From Trichoplax sp. H2 (Eukaryota): a stretch of 64,000 bases of DNA. This document shows positions 1-13,018 of this stretch, in pieces (positions within the stretch are counted from its first letter, which is position 1; each line of letters opens with the position of its first letter). The stretch lies in contig NOWV01000013.1 in the NCBI GenBank assembly GCA_003344405.1, positions 620,001 to 684,000 on the forward strand, read 5' to 3'. Made by a program: the position numbers and the translations under genes. The notes under the pieces are model-generated. The model was not told the origin of the DNA and did no database searches. It worked only from the letters and a program-made list of their open reading frames with translations.

Positions 1-192
1 TTTTCTTTGGCTTCTTGCTCGATGAAGGCCATCATATGGTGGATCTAGGGTGACGCCATATTGACATGAAAGTGGTTAGCTCAATATAAATGGCTTGAAC
101 AAAATTTCATTTATCCTCAACTGGATGCGGTACTACGCGAATCACTGTGGCAACATTACCTGCTTTTGGACTTCTGTATCTGATAAAGCCAT
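1..192 (-). CDS. ATP6V1E: V-type proton ATPase subunit E, 5' part (exon 1 160-192, exon 2 <1-44; continues off the window)
   Basis: Manual splicing across a GT-AG intron gives [26 protein letters not shown], nearly identical to the conserved N-terminus of animal V-ATPase E ([23 protein letters not shown]). Confidence 0.93.
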
Positions 193-335
193 TTTGATAG
201 GATTTAGTTGGTTTACAGCTGGCAATCTGTTCTGAATAAAATCTTGATTACTCCGCTATGGCGACTGCCGAGTTTGGAGGCAGTAGGAATCAGCTATGAA
301 TCAACGTCTCGGGTTTGGCGAAAGGAAACATCAAG

Positions 336-735
336 CGCATGTCACGTGAAGATAAATTGTATTTGGGCTAGAGTAGAGTACTTAGTGCCGTGGCTCAGTA
401 CTGTACGGTCATGAGTAAAACTTGGAATACTGTACTGTACATTGCGCATGTCACTTGAAGATCAATTGTATTTGGGGTACTGTACACTACAGTAGATACA
501 GTAGAGTACCAAGTGCCGTGACATACAGTACAGTAGTACACAATACTATACTGTACGGTTATGCGTAAAACTTGGAATACCGTACTGTACACTGCGCATG
601 TCACGTGAAGTTCAATTGTATTTGGGGTACAGTACAGTGGATACAGTAGAGTGCTGAGTGCCGTGACACAGTACTGTACTGTACTGTACGCTCATGAGTA
701 AAACTTGGAATACTGTACTGTACAGTACTGTAGTG
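336..735. repeat. Tandem triplication (~110-150 bp unit) upstream of ATP6V1E
   Basis: The block GCGCATGTCAC(G/T)TGAAG..AATTGTATTTGGG...AGTGCCGTG...TAAAACTTGGAATAC recurs at about 336, 444 and 594. Copies differ mainly in TACAG/TACTG insertions. Confidence 0.9.
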
Positions 736-1332
736 TACAGTACATACAGTACAGTACCGTACAGTACCAAACACGTGACACTACAGTATTTTGCTAGCAA
801 TTTCAAAATTCCTGTGCCTGAGTACTGTACACTGTACAGTACTGTACTGTACAGCCACAGTACTGTATACTGTATGCCAAGGCTTCTGCGATACGCTAAG
901 TAGGATTGAACAGGACTACCAACCAGCTTGCAGTGCCAGTGGCTAGCAGAAGTGACGTCACTGACACGTGCCCATACAGGATAATGTACTGTATGGTACT
1001 GTACAATGTACTGTAAATACCAGCACATGCCAGCGTCCGACGACTAATCCTTGCAGTAGGACTAGTAGTAGAACAGTGTGCTACTGTAGATTGGACGAAA
1101 AAATTTGGCTAGTAGCAGAACAGTGTGCTACTGTACTATAGATTGGACGAAAATTTGGCCCGATTCAAAATTCTGATGAAGTTACTACTATACAGCACTG
1201 TAAACTGAGTCTACAGTACAGTATGACTGTATCATACAGAACAAGCTACTCAGTAAATTCACTCCAACGCCCATGAAAGTCTCTCAGCCTGATAGAACTA
1301 CAGTACAGTACTGTATCCAGCTGTCATGTGAC
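341..1332. promoter_or_regulatory. Cluster of CLEAR/E-box/M-box-like sites and a CRE in the ATP6V1E upstream region
   Basis: GTCACGTGA at 341-349 and 600-608 (variant GTCACTTGA at 450-458), CACGTGAC at 772-779, TGACGTCA at 953-960, GTCATGTGAC at 1323-1332. Confidence 0.55.
1063..1159. repeat. Short direct duplication (~47-50 bp)
   Basis: TAGTAG(T/C)AGAACAGTGTGCTACTGTA[CTATA]GATTGGACGAAAA(AA)TTTGGC occurs twice in tandem. Confidence 0.85.
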
Positions 1333-2580
1333 AACAGCTGTCAGCAGCAACTTGTTCCACACCATGATTGATCAATTCGTATCCACTGCTATTTCGGAAT
1401 TACGCTCAGTCCCTACATAATCGAAAAAAATAATATACACCTTCCAATTGAATGGATAGATTGATACTACAGCATACACTGAGCCAGTTGATTTACTTTA
1501 TTTATACGTCTTTAGATAAAACTTTCATGACCAATAATACACGCTTGCATTGCATTGCATTGCTATACCTGCAGGAGGAGTCAATTTATGTTAGTAATGA
1601 ATGTTTCTGTACCAAACGTGTATTATTTCCTACTTTCCTTGCAGTGATGCTATAAATTGTTTGAAATTCCTGACAGTAGATTACTATACAATAGGTGTGT
1701 CTCAATCTGCTCTACGGACTACCAGCAAGATGTCCTTATGATACTGCGGGTGTTCAACCCGGTAGATAAACAGGACACGCGTACTTACACGCGTATCATG
1801 ATCAAATCATTTTACTATCTTGGCTATAAATTCTTACTAATACTTAAATAGTTCAATGGCGATGGTTTGAACAAATGAATAGTGATCTTTATTAACCAAA
1901 AGTGACATGAAACAATTATACAAATACAGCCGGGTAATAGTATCGCATACGACGACAAATCGTTTCGATTTTTGGATGCTCGTTAGGTGTGCATCAACTT
2001 TATGTTTATTACAAAGGTACCAGTACATTATCACTCTATTGGCAATAAATCTACACTACAAATACATTGGTAGTAACAGATCATCCTAAAGTCATGTATA
2101 GTACAGTAAACAAATATTGATGGAACAAATACAATGTTGACTATAACAATAATATAAAAATAGAAACATAGTTGAACGCGCAAGTAATTGAACATTTTAG
2201 AATCACATTTCTGTAATTAATATGAACTCATAGAGAAAAATATCAAGGCCAACTGCAATTTCCAACTCGAATACATTATCATCCTATTTGACCTACCAGG
2301 ATTTTCCTGTACTAGAATTGAACAGATATTGGTGTGCACATATAGAATAACAAAGGCAAAATATGCTATAAAAATATAAGCAGATGCGATCAAGTGACGA
2401 AGCGATATAACGTACAAGGCACATAAGTACTGCATATAACACACCAGTACACTAGTCGATCTTGCTATACAGCCATATTGTACTTTACAATTTTTTCGAC
2501 ATAATACAGTATCATTCCTTAACTTAGGATAAGGAAAAAATATTAATATCAAAATTAAATACGTTTACCGATCAAATAAT

Positions 2581-5500
2581 CTAACGGTTGCTATCGATAG
2601 GAATTTTACTTAATTCAAATAAACAATACGCGAGCGCCGAAGATGCTTCCAGGTTATCAAAGGCCAAAGATGCCAAATGTTGCTCGTACCGCCTAAGAAG
2701 ACTGACAGAAAAAGCTCAAAATCAATTCCTTGGCAAACAAAAGTTTTTTCATCAATTTTGATATCAATAGCTGTAGCTTTTGATACTACATACGTTTTAG
2801 CTTCGTGAGTAAATTTAACCAAATTGCGTAACGTTAATGCGGCTGTTAACCGAACGCATTTTGTTAACGGAAGTTCATTTTCCACCTTTGTACAAAGAAG
2901 AAATAAGTTCAAAACGTTGATACACCATTTAATGAAATAGAAATCAAAGTTATAAACCGCGTACTGTGAGTGGAATCTTTGGTTGAGGTGCATACGATTT
3001 CCTAGTAATTTTTTCATTTGATATTTCACCATAATTTTTTATGTGCTTCTAAAAGCGACACCGTAAATCGAAAAATAAATATTTTTCAACTTCATAATTT
3101 ACTTAAAATAGGTTACGAGTATAAATTAACCTGTAGATGAAATATCATAGAGAATCGAGCTCTTTTGACACGTTTTGTAGTGTCATTTAAACAACCTTCC
3201 CATCCACAAAATCCTTGAGAATTATTAGCATGCACATTATAAACATGACTAGCTAGATCCTTCACGTTCTCATAATGCCTATAGAGATAAAAGAATGATC
3301 AACACATCGATATCTAAATTCTACGATACAGAATAACCATACTTGAATACTCTTTTGCTAGATAAACAATGTATGTAAAGCGCATATGCAGTTACTGTAT
3401 GTAACGTACCGTTGGCAATCGTTCCATTTGCAAAGGTACGTTGCATTTTCCGTCTGTTGTTTAGAAGTACCAGTAGCTGCAGTATCTTCTTCAGTAGTGT
3501 CTAATTTATTCAAGCAATTACCGTTCGCTTGGCTAACTTGAGGGTATGCCTGTGTAGGTTGAATTGTCGTCGTGCTAGAACTGGTAATGCCAGCATTCGG
3601 TAACTGTTCATGATTATCAGTCGATAACGTCAAATCAACACTTAGTTGTCCATTAACTTTATTATCTATTTGACTTATTGATGATTTTCTCTTTAATGAT
3701 GTTATTAATTCAACCGATTTCTCTCCATTACTATTATTATTCAACCCTTGCAATTCAGAATTTTCAAATCTCTGATTAAATCCTTTATTACAATCCTTGG
3801 AAATAGATATATCATGCGTAGAAGTTATATCCTTGCGAAATTGTAAGGTTGCACCATTCTGTAAGTTACCAATAACTTTTGGTAAATTAATGCTTGCTTT
3901 CTCTGTAATGTTGCAATTCTTGGAACCGCTTTCGCTGGTTGTTCCGTTAGTATTATCGTCGTCTTTGCTACCGTTATTACTTACGCCTGAAGGATGCAGA
4001 AATCGAAAAGAGCAATCAGATAAAATTTGTACTTTAACGGAAGAAGTCGAAAGACTAGTAGAAGCAGGCTGGTTACTACCTAAACTTGCGTGTACTGTTG
4101 CGACGCTATCAGCTGTTGTTGCGGCAGAATCTTTACTAGTCATAGAACTAGGCGTGGAGTCACAAGATAGAGAAGCGACAACTTTGTTACTACTACCAAA
4201 ATTTTCTTGTCTTAAAGTAGTTGGTCCAGTTGATGCATAATTGCTTCCAGAAGACAACCCTTTATTACGAATATTAGGGTTCGCCAACGGCATTTGAACA
4301 AATTGAGTAGTTTTTTTCAACATTTGACTAGGTAGTCGGATAGCGCCTAACTGAGAATTTTGTTTTTGCGAATCGATAGAGAACTGCGGTCCTTGAGTAC
4401 TAGTGTCGATTCTTTGTAAATTAGCAGTTATATTACCCATACCACCACCTTGAGTACTAGTGTCTATTCTTTGTAAATTAGCAGTTACATTTCCCATACT
4501 TCCACCTTGAGTACTAGTGTCTATTCTTTGTAAATTAGCAGTTATATTACCCATACTTCCACTGTAAGGTTGCACAGTGGGAGTCATGTAAGGCATTTGA
4601 CGTCCCTGAACAGTACCGACAACAGTAGATGTCCGAGCAACACTATTCATTACAGGTAATGTTGGCGTTCGATTAACATTGGAATGTCCTATTAATGGAA
4701 TAATCATATGAATGAGAAAAATAATAACCAACATACATTGTGAATAAAGCTTAAGCGTAGTAATTACCAGGAGTATAAGTAAATGGCAACGGTCGAGCCC
4801 TTTTCCGAACACCAGTATAAAAATATTGATTTGTGTTACCATAGGTAACACGCTTAATTTCCGCAGATGGAAATACTTCGTGTATTAAGCGACTAAATGT
4901 CGTTGAATTAACGATACCAGTGATACTAAGTCTATTGCAGGTAGCCAAGTAATCGGAGTACATACCACTCCGTGGTACATACCCACCGGTACAACAATCG
5001 TAAGTTGCATTTAACCTACAAGGAAATATTAGCATTATTTAAAGGTTTTCAATATAATTTCGATGGGGTACAGAAGCCAATACAGACCATGCATGTGCAA
5101 AATTTTCGTTTTCTCGATCTATTCTTGACATTTCCTCGGCTGATCGAGATACTACAGGGCTAATAATAGCTGCTATATCCGCCATATTATTACTTGACAC
5201 CTGAGGTGGCTGCGCTTGTGCAATTGTGGAGGCGCTAATCTGCGATCTTTTATCGAAAAGAAAAATACCAGCCATGGCCTCTTCGCCGAATTTGTGAACA
5301 TCAAGGCTTACCAGACTGACCAATAAATCTACAAATAATGATAATTGATAGTTGACTGATGATAAAGATATTTTTAGGCATTTTCATCACTGGTATGACA
5401 TTACATGCTATGCGTCTATCACCAATACTTTTAAATAACACAGTACAATATTCGAAATTAGTAACGTAACAATAATAACTCAAGACGACTAACCAATGGA

Positions 5501-8500
5501 GTGATTAACTGCTAACACTTGACAGCATGTAGCTTCTCCTAATCCAGTTAAGGCGCAAAGAACATCTAAGCTAGTAATGAGAAGCTGAGATAAAAAAAAG
5601 CACAAATTCAATCCATTAAAACTTATAAGCCAAATGTAAATCCTAAGAATTAAGTGCTCAAAATTTAAAGAGTAAATACTGACATCCTTCTCACCTGAAC
5701 ATCAGGAACTGTTAAATAATTAATAACTACACTATAAATACTTGAATCGGTGACATTAGATATAACTTCACTATGATCAATATTCTCACATAAGCCTGCA
5801 GTTATTTCCATTCCTGAAAGAAAATCAATCGGTGATATGTATATATATGTATCTATTTGCAAGGCACTACAAAATCAAGATATCGAAATGTAGTATTGTG
5901 ATGATACTGCTAAAAACAAGCGGTCATACCCGTTCGTCATTACAAAATGTTTGTTTAAGACTACCGCAGTTTAATACCCTGACAACTAAACAATTAGTAA
6001 TTAAATACCTTTCAGAATATCTTGCTTATCGATTGATTTTATAAGTCTCCAAACATATTTTAATAAGATTTGAGTTCGATAATTAGTCGGTGATTCCAGC
6101 GATATCTAAGCATGAACATAAAATTATCACGGTTTGATTCACGTATCAAATTCTCCTGATAACAAGCGACCAGATCATCAGAATTTCATTTTACCTCCGG
6201 AGATAAGTTGCTTAGCGTTTCTAAAGCGTTACTTCTTAGTGATGAAATATTACTACACATGCATAGTAACAGGAATCTTTTATAAAATGGATTATAAAAG
6301 CCAAGTTAGTTTATATTTGTAGCATTAAACAAATCTTACCAAATGGTTCAAAATTATAAGTACCTTAGGCATACATCAGTATTTGACAAAACAACTGCAT
6401 TGGACTTTATAAACGATAAATTAAGGACTATTACCGCAACCTATTGAAAGACGAACTGTCTTAGTACAGATCACTCATTACTAATAATTAAGTATTAAGA
6501 TATTACATCAGCCTACTAAAAATCGGAAATCAGTACATCATACCCTTTCAAGTCTATCAATTGCTAGCCTCGACAACTTCCCCGGATAATGATCGAACAA
6601 GTTATCATCGTTATTTTCTTCTTTGGAATTATCATCAATATTCCGATGGTCTAATTTGTAACGCAAGATCAATTAAAGTGTCATAACACAGAAATTGTGA
6701 CATATTTTAATCATCATCTACCAGGAAATGGTCCATAAATCAATCTCTTAATTTCATTATCTTTCACACAGCTTTCCCAAAACTGAGAAAAAAAGGAATT
6801 ACAATTAAACCAACTCATCAGAACTACCCCATTCCGTAATAAAATTCATTAGCAGATACAGTATGGCAGATTACAATTGTTTCAAGAAAATTTAAATTCT
6901 TACCTTCACAAAATTTATTTCAGGGACGTTTAAAATACTTCTATCATTACTAATATGCTTTGCGTAATCTTTGGACAATTATAAATAAAGAGTAAATAAC
7001 ACAAGATTTACGCGTTCTTGCCATATCGTAATTTACAAATTCATAACATCAACTAAAATCAATATACCTTGTTCGAATAATCCCACTATAGCTAAGAGTC
7101 TACGAATAAAACATGGCATCTACACATAGAATAGCGTAATGAGTAGGTGTAAAAATATTGCAATGGCCAGTTTTAGTATCACTGTACTAGGTGTACAACC
7201 TTTACAATTAGGAACGGCTTATTAGTGTCATAAGACATTTCAATTAAGATATGTAAGGCAAATTCGACTTCATTCGGTAAACCCGACTCTAGAGCTAACA
7301 TCAATGTGTCCGATGTTCTAATACCACCTACTCAAGTAAATATTATCAAAAGCAAATTACTTATATATTGTATATATTTGCGCAATTGTCAAATGCTTAT
7401 AAAAATTAATTTAAATTTAATAGTCAGGTTTATCATTACAGAGCTCATACAATCTAAGGTTAATAAGTTTTCTATTGTAATTACATTGCATATAGCATCA
7501 GCTAACGGTTAATAGGCAACCGAAGGTATTTTAAAATCTTAAACTGTCGCTGTTATCCATAGATTATAATCATGGACAAAGCAACATTGGGTATCTTTCT
7601 ATTAGAGCATTTATTATAAAAATCTTAAGGGTTCAAATATTTACGTTTATTAATTATCCATATTAACGTTACTAACCTTCTATTGAAGCACTTGCCATTC
7701 TGTCGTAGGCTAATATTAGAGAAATAAGGACAAATAAGGAAAAAGTTAGCAATAATAATCACACCCGAAAATAATAGATACTACAAGATACTATTACTAT
7801 TATGCAAAGCTAACAATATAATCATTCTCTCGGTGATCATGTAGTAAAAAATAAAGAACAAGAGCTATAGCTATCGATACGGTTGCTATTTATTGACTTT
7901 CACATCGAGTAATATAAATGTATCGTAGAAACATCATCGATTCCATCATTATAATTTAATGATGTATGTAATTCCTCATGAGGTTTGATTATCAATGTTC
8001 AATAATATAAAGATATTACATAAGAGATATTGATTAGGTAACGTTAAAAAGATTAGTTAATAAAGAGTAAGTCAAGATACCTGTCGCGTGATTGATCTTA
8101 AGTCGACCTGAAGAAATAATATCTTCAAGGTCTTCATTGAAAAAATTGGTTTTCTCGTAAATTTTAAAATACCTTGGTATAAAATTGTAGAAAGATGACT
8201 ATTAACAAGTGAAATCCTGGTAGTTTCAAGTTTAGTATCGAAAATACTACAAGGTGAATAACAAGATACATCAACAAAATGAAAATGTGATCACTTTATT
8301 GTTGAGCTTCAGGGCAAGTCGGCAGTGCAGTATGAGAATCATATCATGTGGTGTAAGCTTCTTTTAAGTTTAATATTCAACTTTCATTACAATTTTAAAT
8401 GCACGAAATCAAGATTAATTAAACGTTTTCATCTAAATAGTTTTTATTTCCTTTTGATTCAAACTGCTAATTTATCTTGGGTGCCATTGTATGTTAATAT

Positions 8501-10350
8501 AGATTTATTTCTTTATTTTGTCGTACTATTCAGGATAGTAAGTAAAGTACTGTACTACATTACTATGCGTTAATTACCTTCGATTTATTTCGTACAGCGA
8601 TCGATCCAGAACAGATAATATAGTATTGTACTGTATATGGTACAGACTGTATACTGCAGTTTAGTAGGTGATTTTAAATCCTTATCCCGGCATATAGTAT
8701 GATTAACAGTAGTATAGTAAAAGCTTGATTCTTCCAGATGTAATAATTATTACGCGTAATTATTATCTTTCTTTTTCTTATTATTACACTATGTGTTACT
8801 TTGCACTAATTTGCGATTTATTCTATTGGGCTTCAATAACGGTACTGCTGTATTGTGCTTACTTGTGCTCAATTGTAAATATCCCTAACACTAAAATCTG
8901 GTAATTATTATTGCTAAAATTGCAGGACTTTGGTATGGAACTAGCAACAAACGACGTAACTTTCGGCGTTGAGCATAGACATAACATAAATCGTATACAG
9001 TATTGTAAAATTTGCCGTCATATTACATTATCTAGGAAATTTTTTATAAATTATTCAGTTTATGTCTATCGATGCACTGTATTGATTTGATTGCTGCACA
9101 AATTTGAAGACATTTGCATAGCGCAATAGATCGTTCAATCACTGCTATCAAAGGATTATAGGCGTAACAAGTGAAAGCAATAGATCAGACTAAAAGACGA
9201 AATGGATACGCTTTTGCTTTAATCCTTGAATGCTTATAATTGGTTCTAGCTGGCGTAAGTTTTCAGTCCAAATCTATGCCGTACAGGTAACCTACTGTAT
9301 TATTTAATGATCAATATTATGCACGTACGATGTATTGCAGTCAGCTAGAAGATACTGTTAGTATTGGAAGTAAATTGAAAAAGACAGTGTGGAAAACATT
9401 AGGATATCATTCAAGCAACCATTAACAGTCTACTGTACGAAGGGAATCAATCAATCGAGATGAAGGACACCCATGAGGAAAAATAAAGAAGATTGGTCGA
9501 GAATTTTCAGAGTATAGATGATATAAATTATAAGTGCGCTATTTTATAGATAGTCCTAATGCAGACGTTCATCGGTTGTATTGTATTGCAAATGATTTTA
9601 GACCTGAAGAAGACAACTATCATGAAGTTGTATCTCGTAGAGCAAAGTTTTTGGACACAAGTCAAGACAATTTCAAGACAGCAAACTGCAAGCATATCCA
9701 ATAGATAAATATATTGACCAGCTCATTGGATCAAAGTTATCTTACGCCATTACTATTTATTATAGTACCTTAAGTAGAATTGACGTAGAGCATACGAACT
9801 ATTAACGCATCCATCAGCAGGCAACTTCAAAGCTTCAGCAATTTCTGTCCATTTTCTTTGGCTAGTTACCTATTATTATAGATTCATTAATGATACGATA
9901 TCGAACCCGCTCTTCTAGCTGAGAGGAATGTAGAAAAAAATAATTGCATAGCTAAACTAGGAATACCTGAGCGCAACCACCACATGAAGTTACTTTACGA
10001 TACAATGCAGCTAGATCAACCTCTTTACCGGCAAACACTGCTTTATCAATAAATGGTGATCTAATAGTATATAACACAGTCATGATTAAGATGCAATGTC
10101 ATTTCAAAATTTTTTAAATTTTACTGTCCATTGGATTCTTCAGCCGCTGGCATCGTCAATGTAGAAGACTATTTGCAATTTGCTATATCGGCCATTTTTA
10201 GCTGTATTTGAATGCTTGTTTAGTTATATCATGAAGAAGCATATCAACTTACCCGATAGACTTGTGAAAACTTTTTAAATTTTCTAAAAATTTATCACCG
10301 CATGGCCGGGAAGTTGGCCCGAATAACTCGTTGCTCCGATAGGATGACAT
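2581..10350 (-). CDS. ARID2: AT-rich interactive domain protein 2 (BAF200, PBAF subunit), multi-exon
   Basis: Exons 10253-10350, 9967-10060 and 9769-9869 encode an ARID domain (FLENLKSFHKSIG|SPF..GKEVDLAALYRKVTSCGGCAQ|VTSQRKW..SSYALRQFYLR). Then LALESGLPNEVEFA (~7260-7300), an RFX-type winged helix (~4770-5015), two C2H2 fingers (CKWNDC..H, CGWEGC..RFSMIFHLQ) and the C-terminal VRLTAALTLRNL..LEASSALAYCLFEL. Stop TAG at 2581-2583. Confidence 0.95.
4391..4561 (-). repeat. In-frame coding tandem repeat, 3 x 57 bp, in ARID2
   Basis: Units start at 4391, 4448 and 4505 and translate as G(S/G)MGN(I/V)TANLQRIDTSTQG x3. Confidence 0.95.
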
Positions 10351-10784
10351 TACTGTTGAAAAAGAATGGCTATATCGACCTTGTTGGACACTGGGCTAAT
10401 AATGTACTGTACAGTATAGGTCTCTCTCTCTATAATACAGACTATCTTAAAGCACGTTAAAGTGATAAACTGCTATAGAATATTCAAATGGGATAGTTAG
10501 AGTAAGAATTTAATTGGAACCTAGACGATTTCAATGTGCAATGGATTTCTTTTGCAATTTTGACTTGCTTGAAGTTGATTTCCAAGTAAAAAGCAACACA
10601 GAGCGAAGAAGATTCTGAGAATGGCGCGGACGCAGCAGTGGACGGACTTCAATGTTGATTGCCTCGTTCACTATAAGCGCTTCCGTACTTTTGTGAGCAT
10701 GCCCTGTTTGTGTTGTTCTTCTAGCGCCATAACTCGGACCTAAACGGTCCAGCTGGTCCACTAGAAATACCGGTATTTTAGTCC

Positions 10785-11090
10785 ATGGAGTACAGTACAA
10801 TGCTACAGTATACAGTACTGTATAGTATGTTGTGGCGTGTAAAATGGCTGTCATCCCATCCAAATGATTGCCAATGAGGATGAACGATGAGTTACTGGGC
10901 GCTAACACGTGATTTATGACTTAATGGGTGATATCATTTTTGGGTACAGTACAATGCCTTTGCATTGTACTGTACCATACTGTAGTGTACTGTACAGTAC
11001 AGTGTACACTGAGTGTACAGTACCGTAAAAGTGGAACGCAAGCCTCATACGTGCTGACGGACGGACTTAGCATGCTGGATACAGTACCAA
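10785..11090. repeat. TACAG/TACTG-saturated tract upstream of ARID2, including a perfect hairpin
   Basis: Runs such as TACAGTATACAGTACTGTA and TACTGTAGTGTACTGTACAGTACAGTGTACAC; 15-bp inverted repeat GGTACAGTACAATGC-CTTT-GCATTGTACTGTACC at 10943-10976. Confidence 0.85.
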
Positions 11091-13018
11091 TCTCTATCAG
11101 TAAACAGCATCTTGTAGCATAAACTGGCGCTTGATGGTAGACGACATAACAAGTTATAAAGCAAATTTGAAAATTAATTAATGAACAAAAATCTAAAATC
11201 AAATTAAAACTAGTTTATGCCCCACTGTTAGAGCAGATAAGACCCTCGCTAGCTGTTCACTGCACCAAGATTGTGCTAGTATGGTACTTTAGAGTTCTAA
11301 ACTACTCCATCAACTACTGTACTCCGAGTGTGACCATTCTACATGCGTACATATTGTACAATCTAGATGGCGCAATGCAATCAATTCAATTCAATTTAAA
11401 TCGGCATCCAGAAATAGCGGCTATATAATCTTGAAATTAATAATATTTGCCATAATACAAATAAATATTAATTATCGTGGTAATAATAAGTATTAACTGC
11501 AATCTGAAATAAGGTGTCGTAATAATATACTGTACCTAGAAGATTTTCTAGTTTAACAACATCTCGATACCAGGGCATATTAACTGATCGCTACTAACGT
11601 ACTAAATTGGAAGAGCATAGTTCGACCAATGTTAGGTTTGGAATAAATTATAGCGATAGTACAACATCTTCGAAAGCTATGTTTTGGATTGCTACTGATT
11701 CTATTGCTCTTACTGTAGCGGCTTCTACAGTAATTGGATCTAATCGACGTTTAAAAATAATGCAGTACGTGCTTGTCATACTATGACTGTATACTATATG
11801 ATGTGTAGTGAACACCATTTTATCCAGTAGCGAACTATGGAAATGATAGATTTGCTAGTTTTGAATTGTGAATTCGTGATCCATTTTACTGCCTAGCTAA
11901 TTTAAGCCCAAATCTGCTAAAAAAAAAGTCCAAATCCGTAGCAAATTCTAGTTACAGCAATACTATAGTACGTAAATATTCCTTTATCATGTTTGCAAGA
12001 AGAGTAGAAAAAATATCAAATTGTAGGCGCGTATATGAACGTTCTTGTTCTGATTTATTTCCATTGCTGTTCTACGTTAGACCCTACTTTGCAGTTTCTT
12101 TGACCTCAAATTTAGGGCTATTACGCGTAGAGCTGATTTTACAACATTATTATATAATGATGGTAAGGAACAAATCGAATAAAACTAATAACAACGACTA
12201 TATATTTAAGGAAGGATTAGGTTAGACATGGACTTTTTTCTTGTTGTCCATGAGTTCCAGTTACTGTAACAGATGGCTAAGACGGTACCGGTACGACAGA
12301 CTCGTATAGTAAATACATTCGATGAAATGGAATAGCAGTTTATTCCCATGACATATGAAAACATGAAACACCAAACTTTAGTTACGGACAGCAATCATAT
12401 CAGCAGTGTCCGTCATAACTTTCTAATCTCCTTCTAATTAATTATGTGTTGATAACATCACGTACTACTATAGCACTAGGGATTATCGGATAAGCATCAT
12501 ATCCCACTAGAGGTAATAATTAAATTATTAAAGCATTAACGACAACATTCCTGATGTCGATCCCTCTGCTGAGCTGATCTTAGTATTCCATTTGTGCTGA
12601 TACACCATCAATACGCGCTATATTTCGCGCAGCTACGGACGAAATAAACTACAATTATATTGTCGAAAATCTATTTATTATAATGATACCACGCTATAGA
12701 TTACACTATAGTATGAAAGACTGAAATTTGACACCTTTCACAAATACAGAGTGAAAGAATCTAACTGTTAACATCAAATAAGCCTTAATATATAAAATTT
12801 AATGCAAATTTACTACTGGTTAGGATAGTTGATGGATTTATCCTTTAAAATGTAATGAAACTATCTACCTAGGTTGAAATAGAATAATGTAATAAAAATA
12901 AATAAATTATAAAATGATTATAAGTTACCATACTTCATACATTTAAAGCCAAAATATCCAGTATAACTTTAATCTTTATCCTGCACTTGTTTTATAACAT
13001 TAGTATTGCAGTCGAAGA

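Noticed and set aside
395-1028. ORFs rich in Y/S/T/V/C/Q (also 10921-11202 and 53435-55325)
   Set aside because: These are translations of TACAG/TACTG stacks and tandem repeats, with no domain or splice support.
3797-4240. 147-aa + strand ORF
   Set aside because: Antisense shadow of the large Ser/Thr-rich ARID2 exon.
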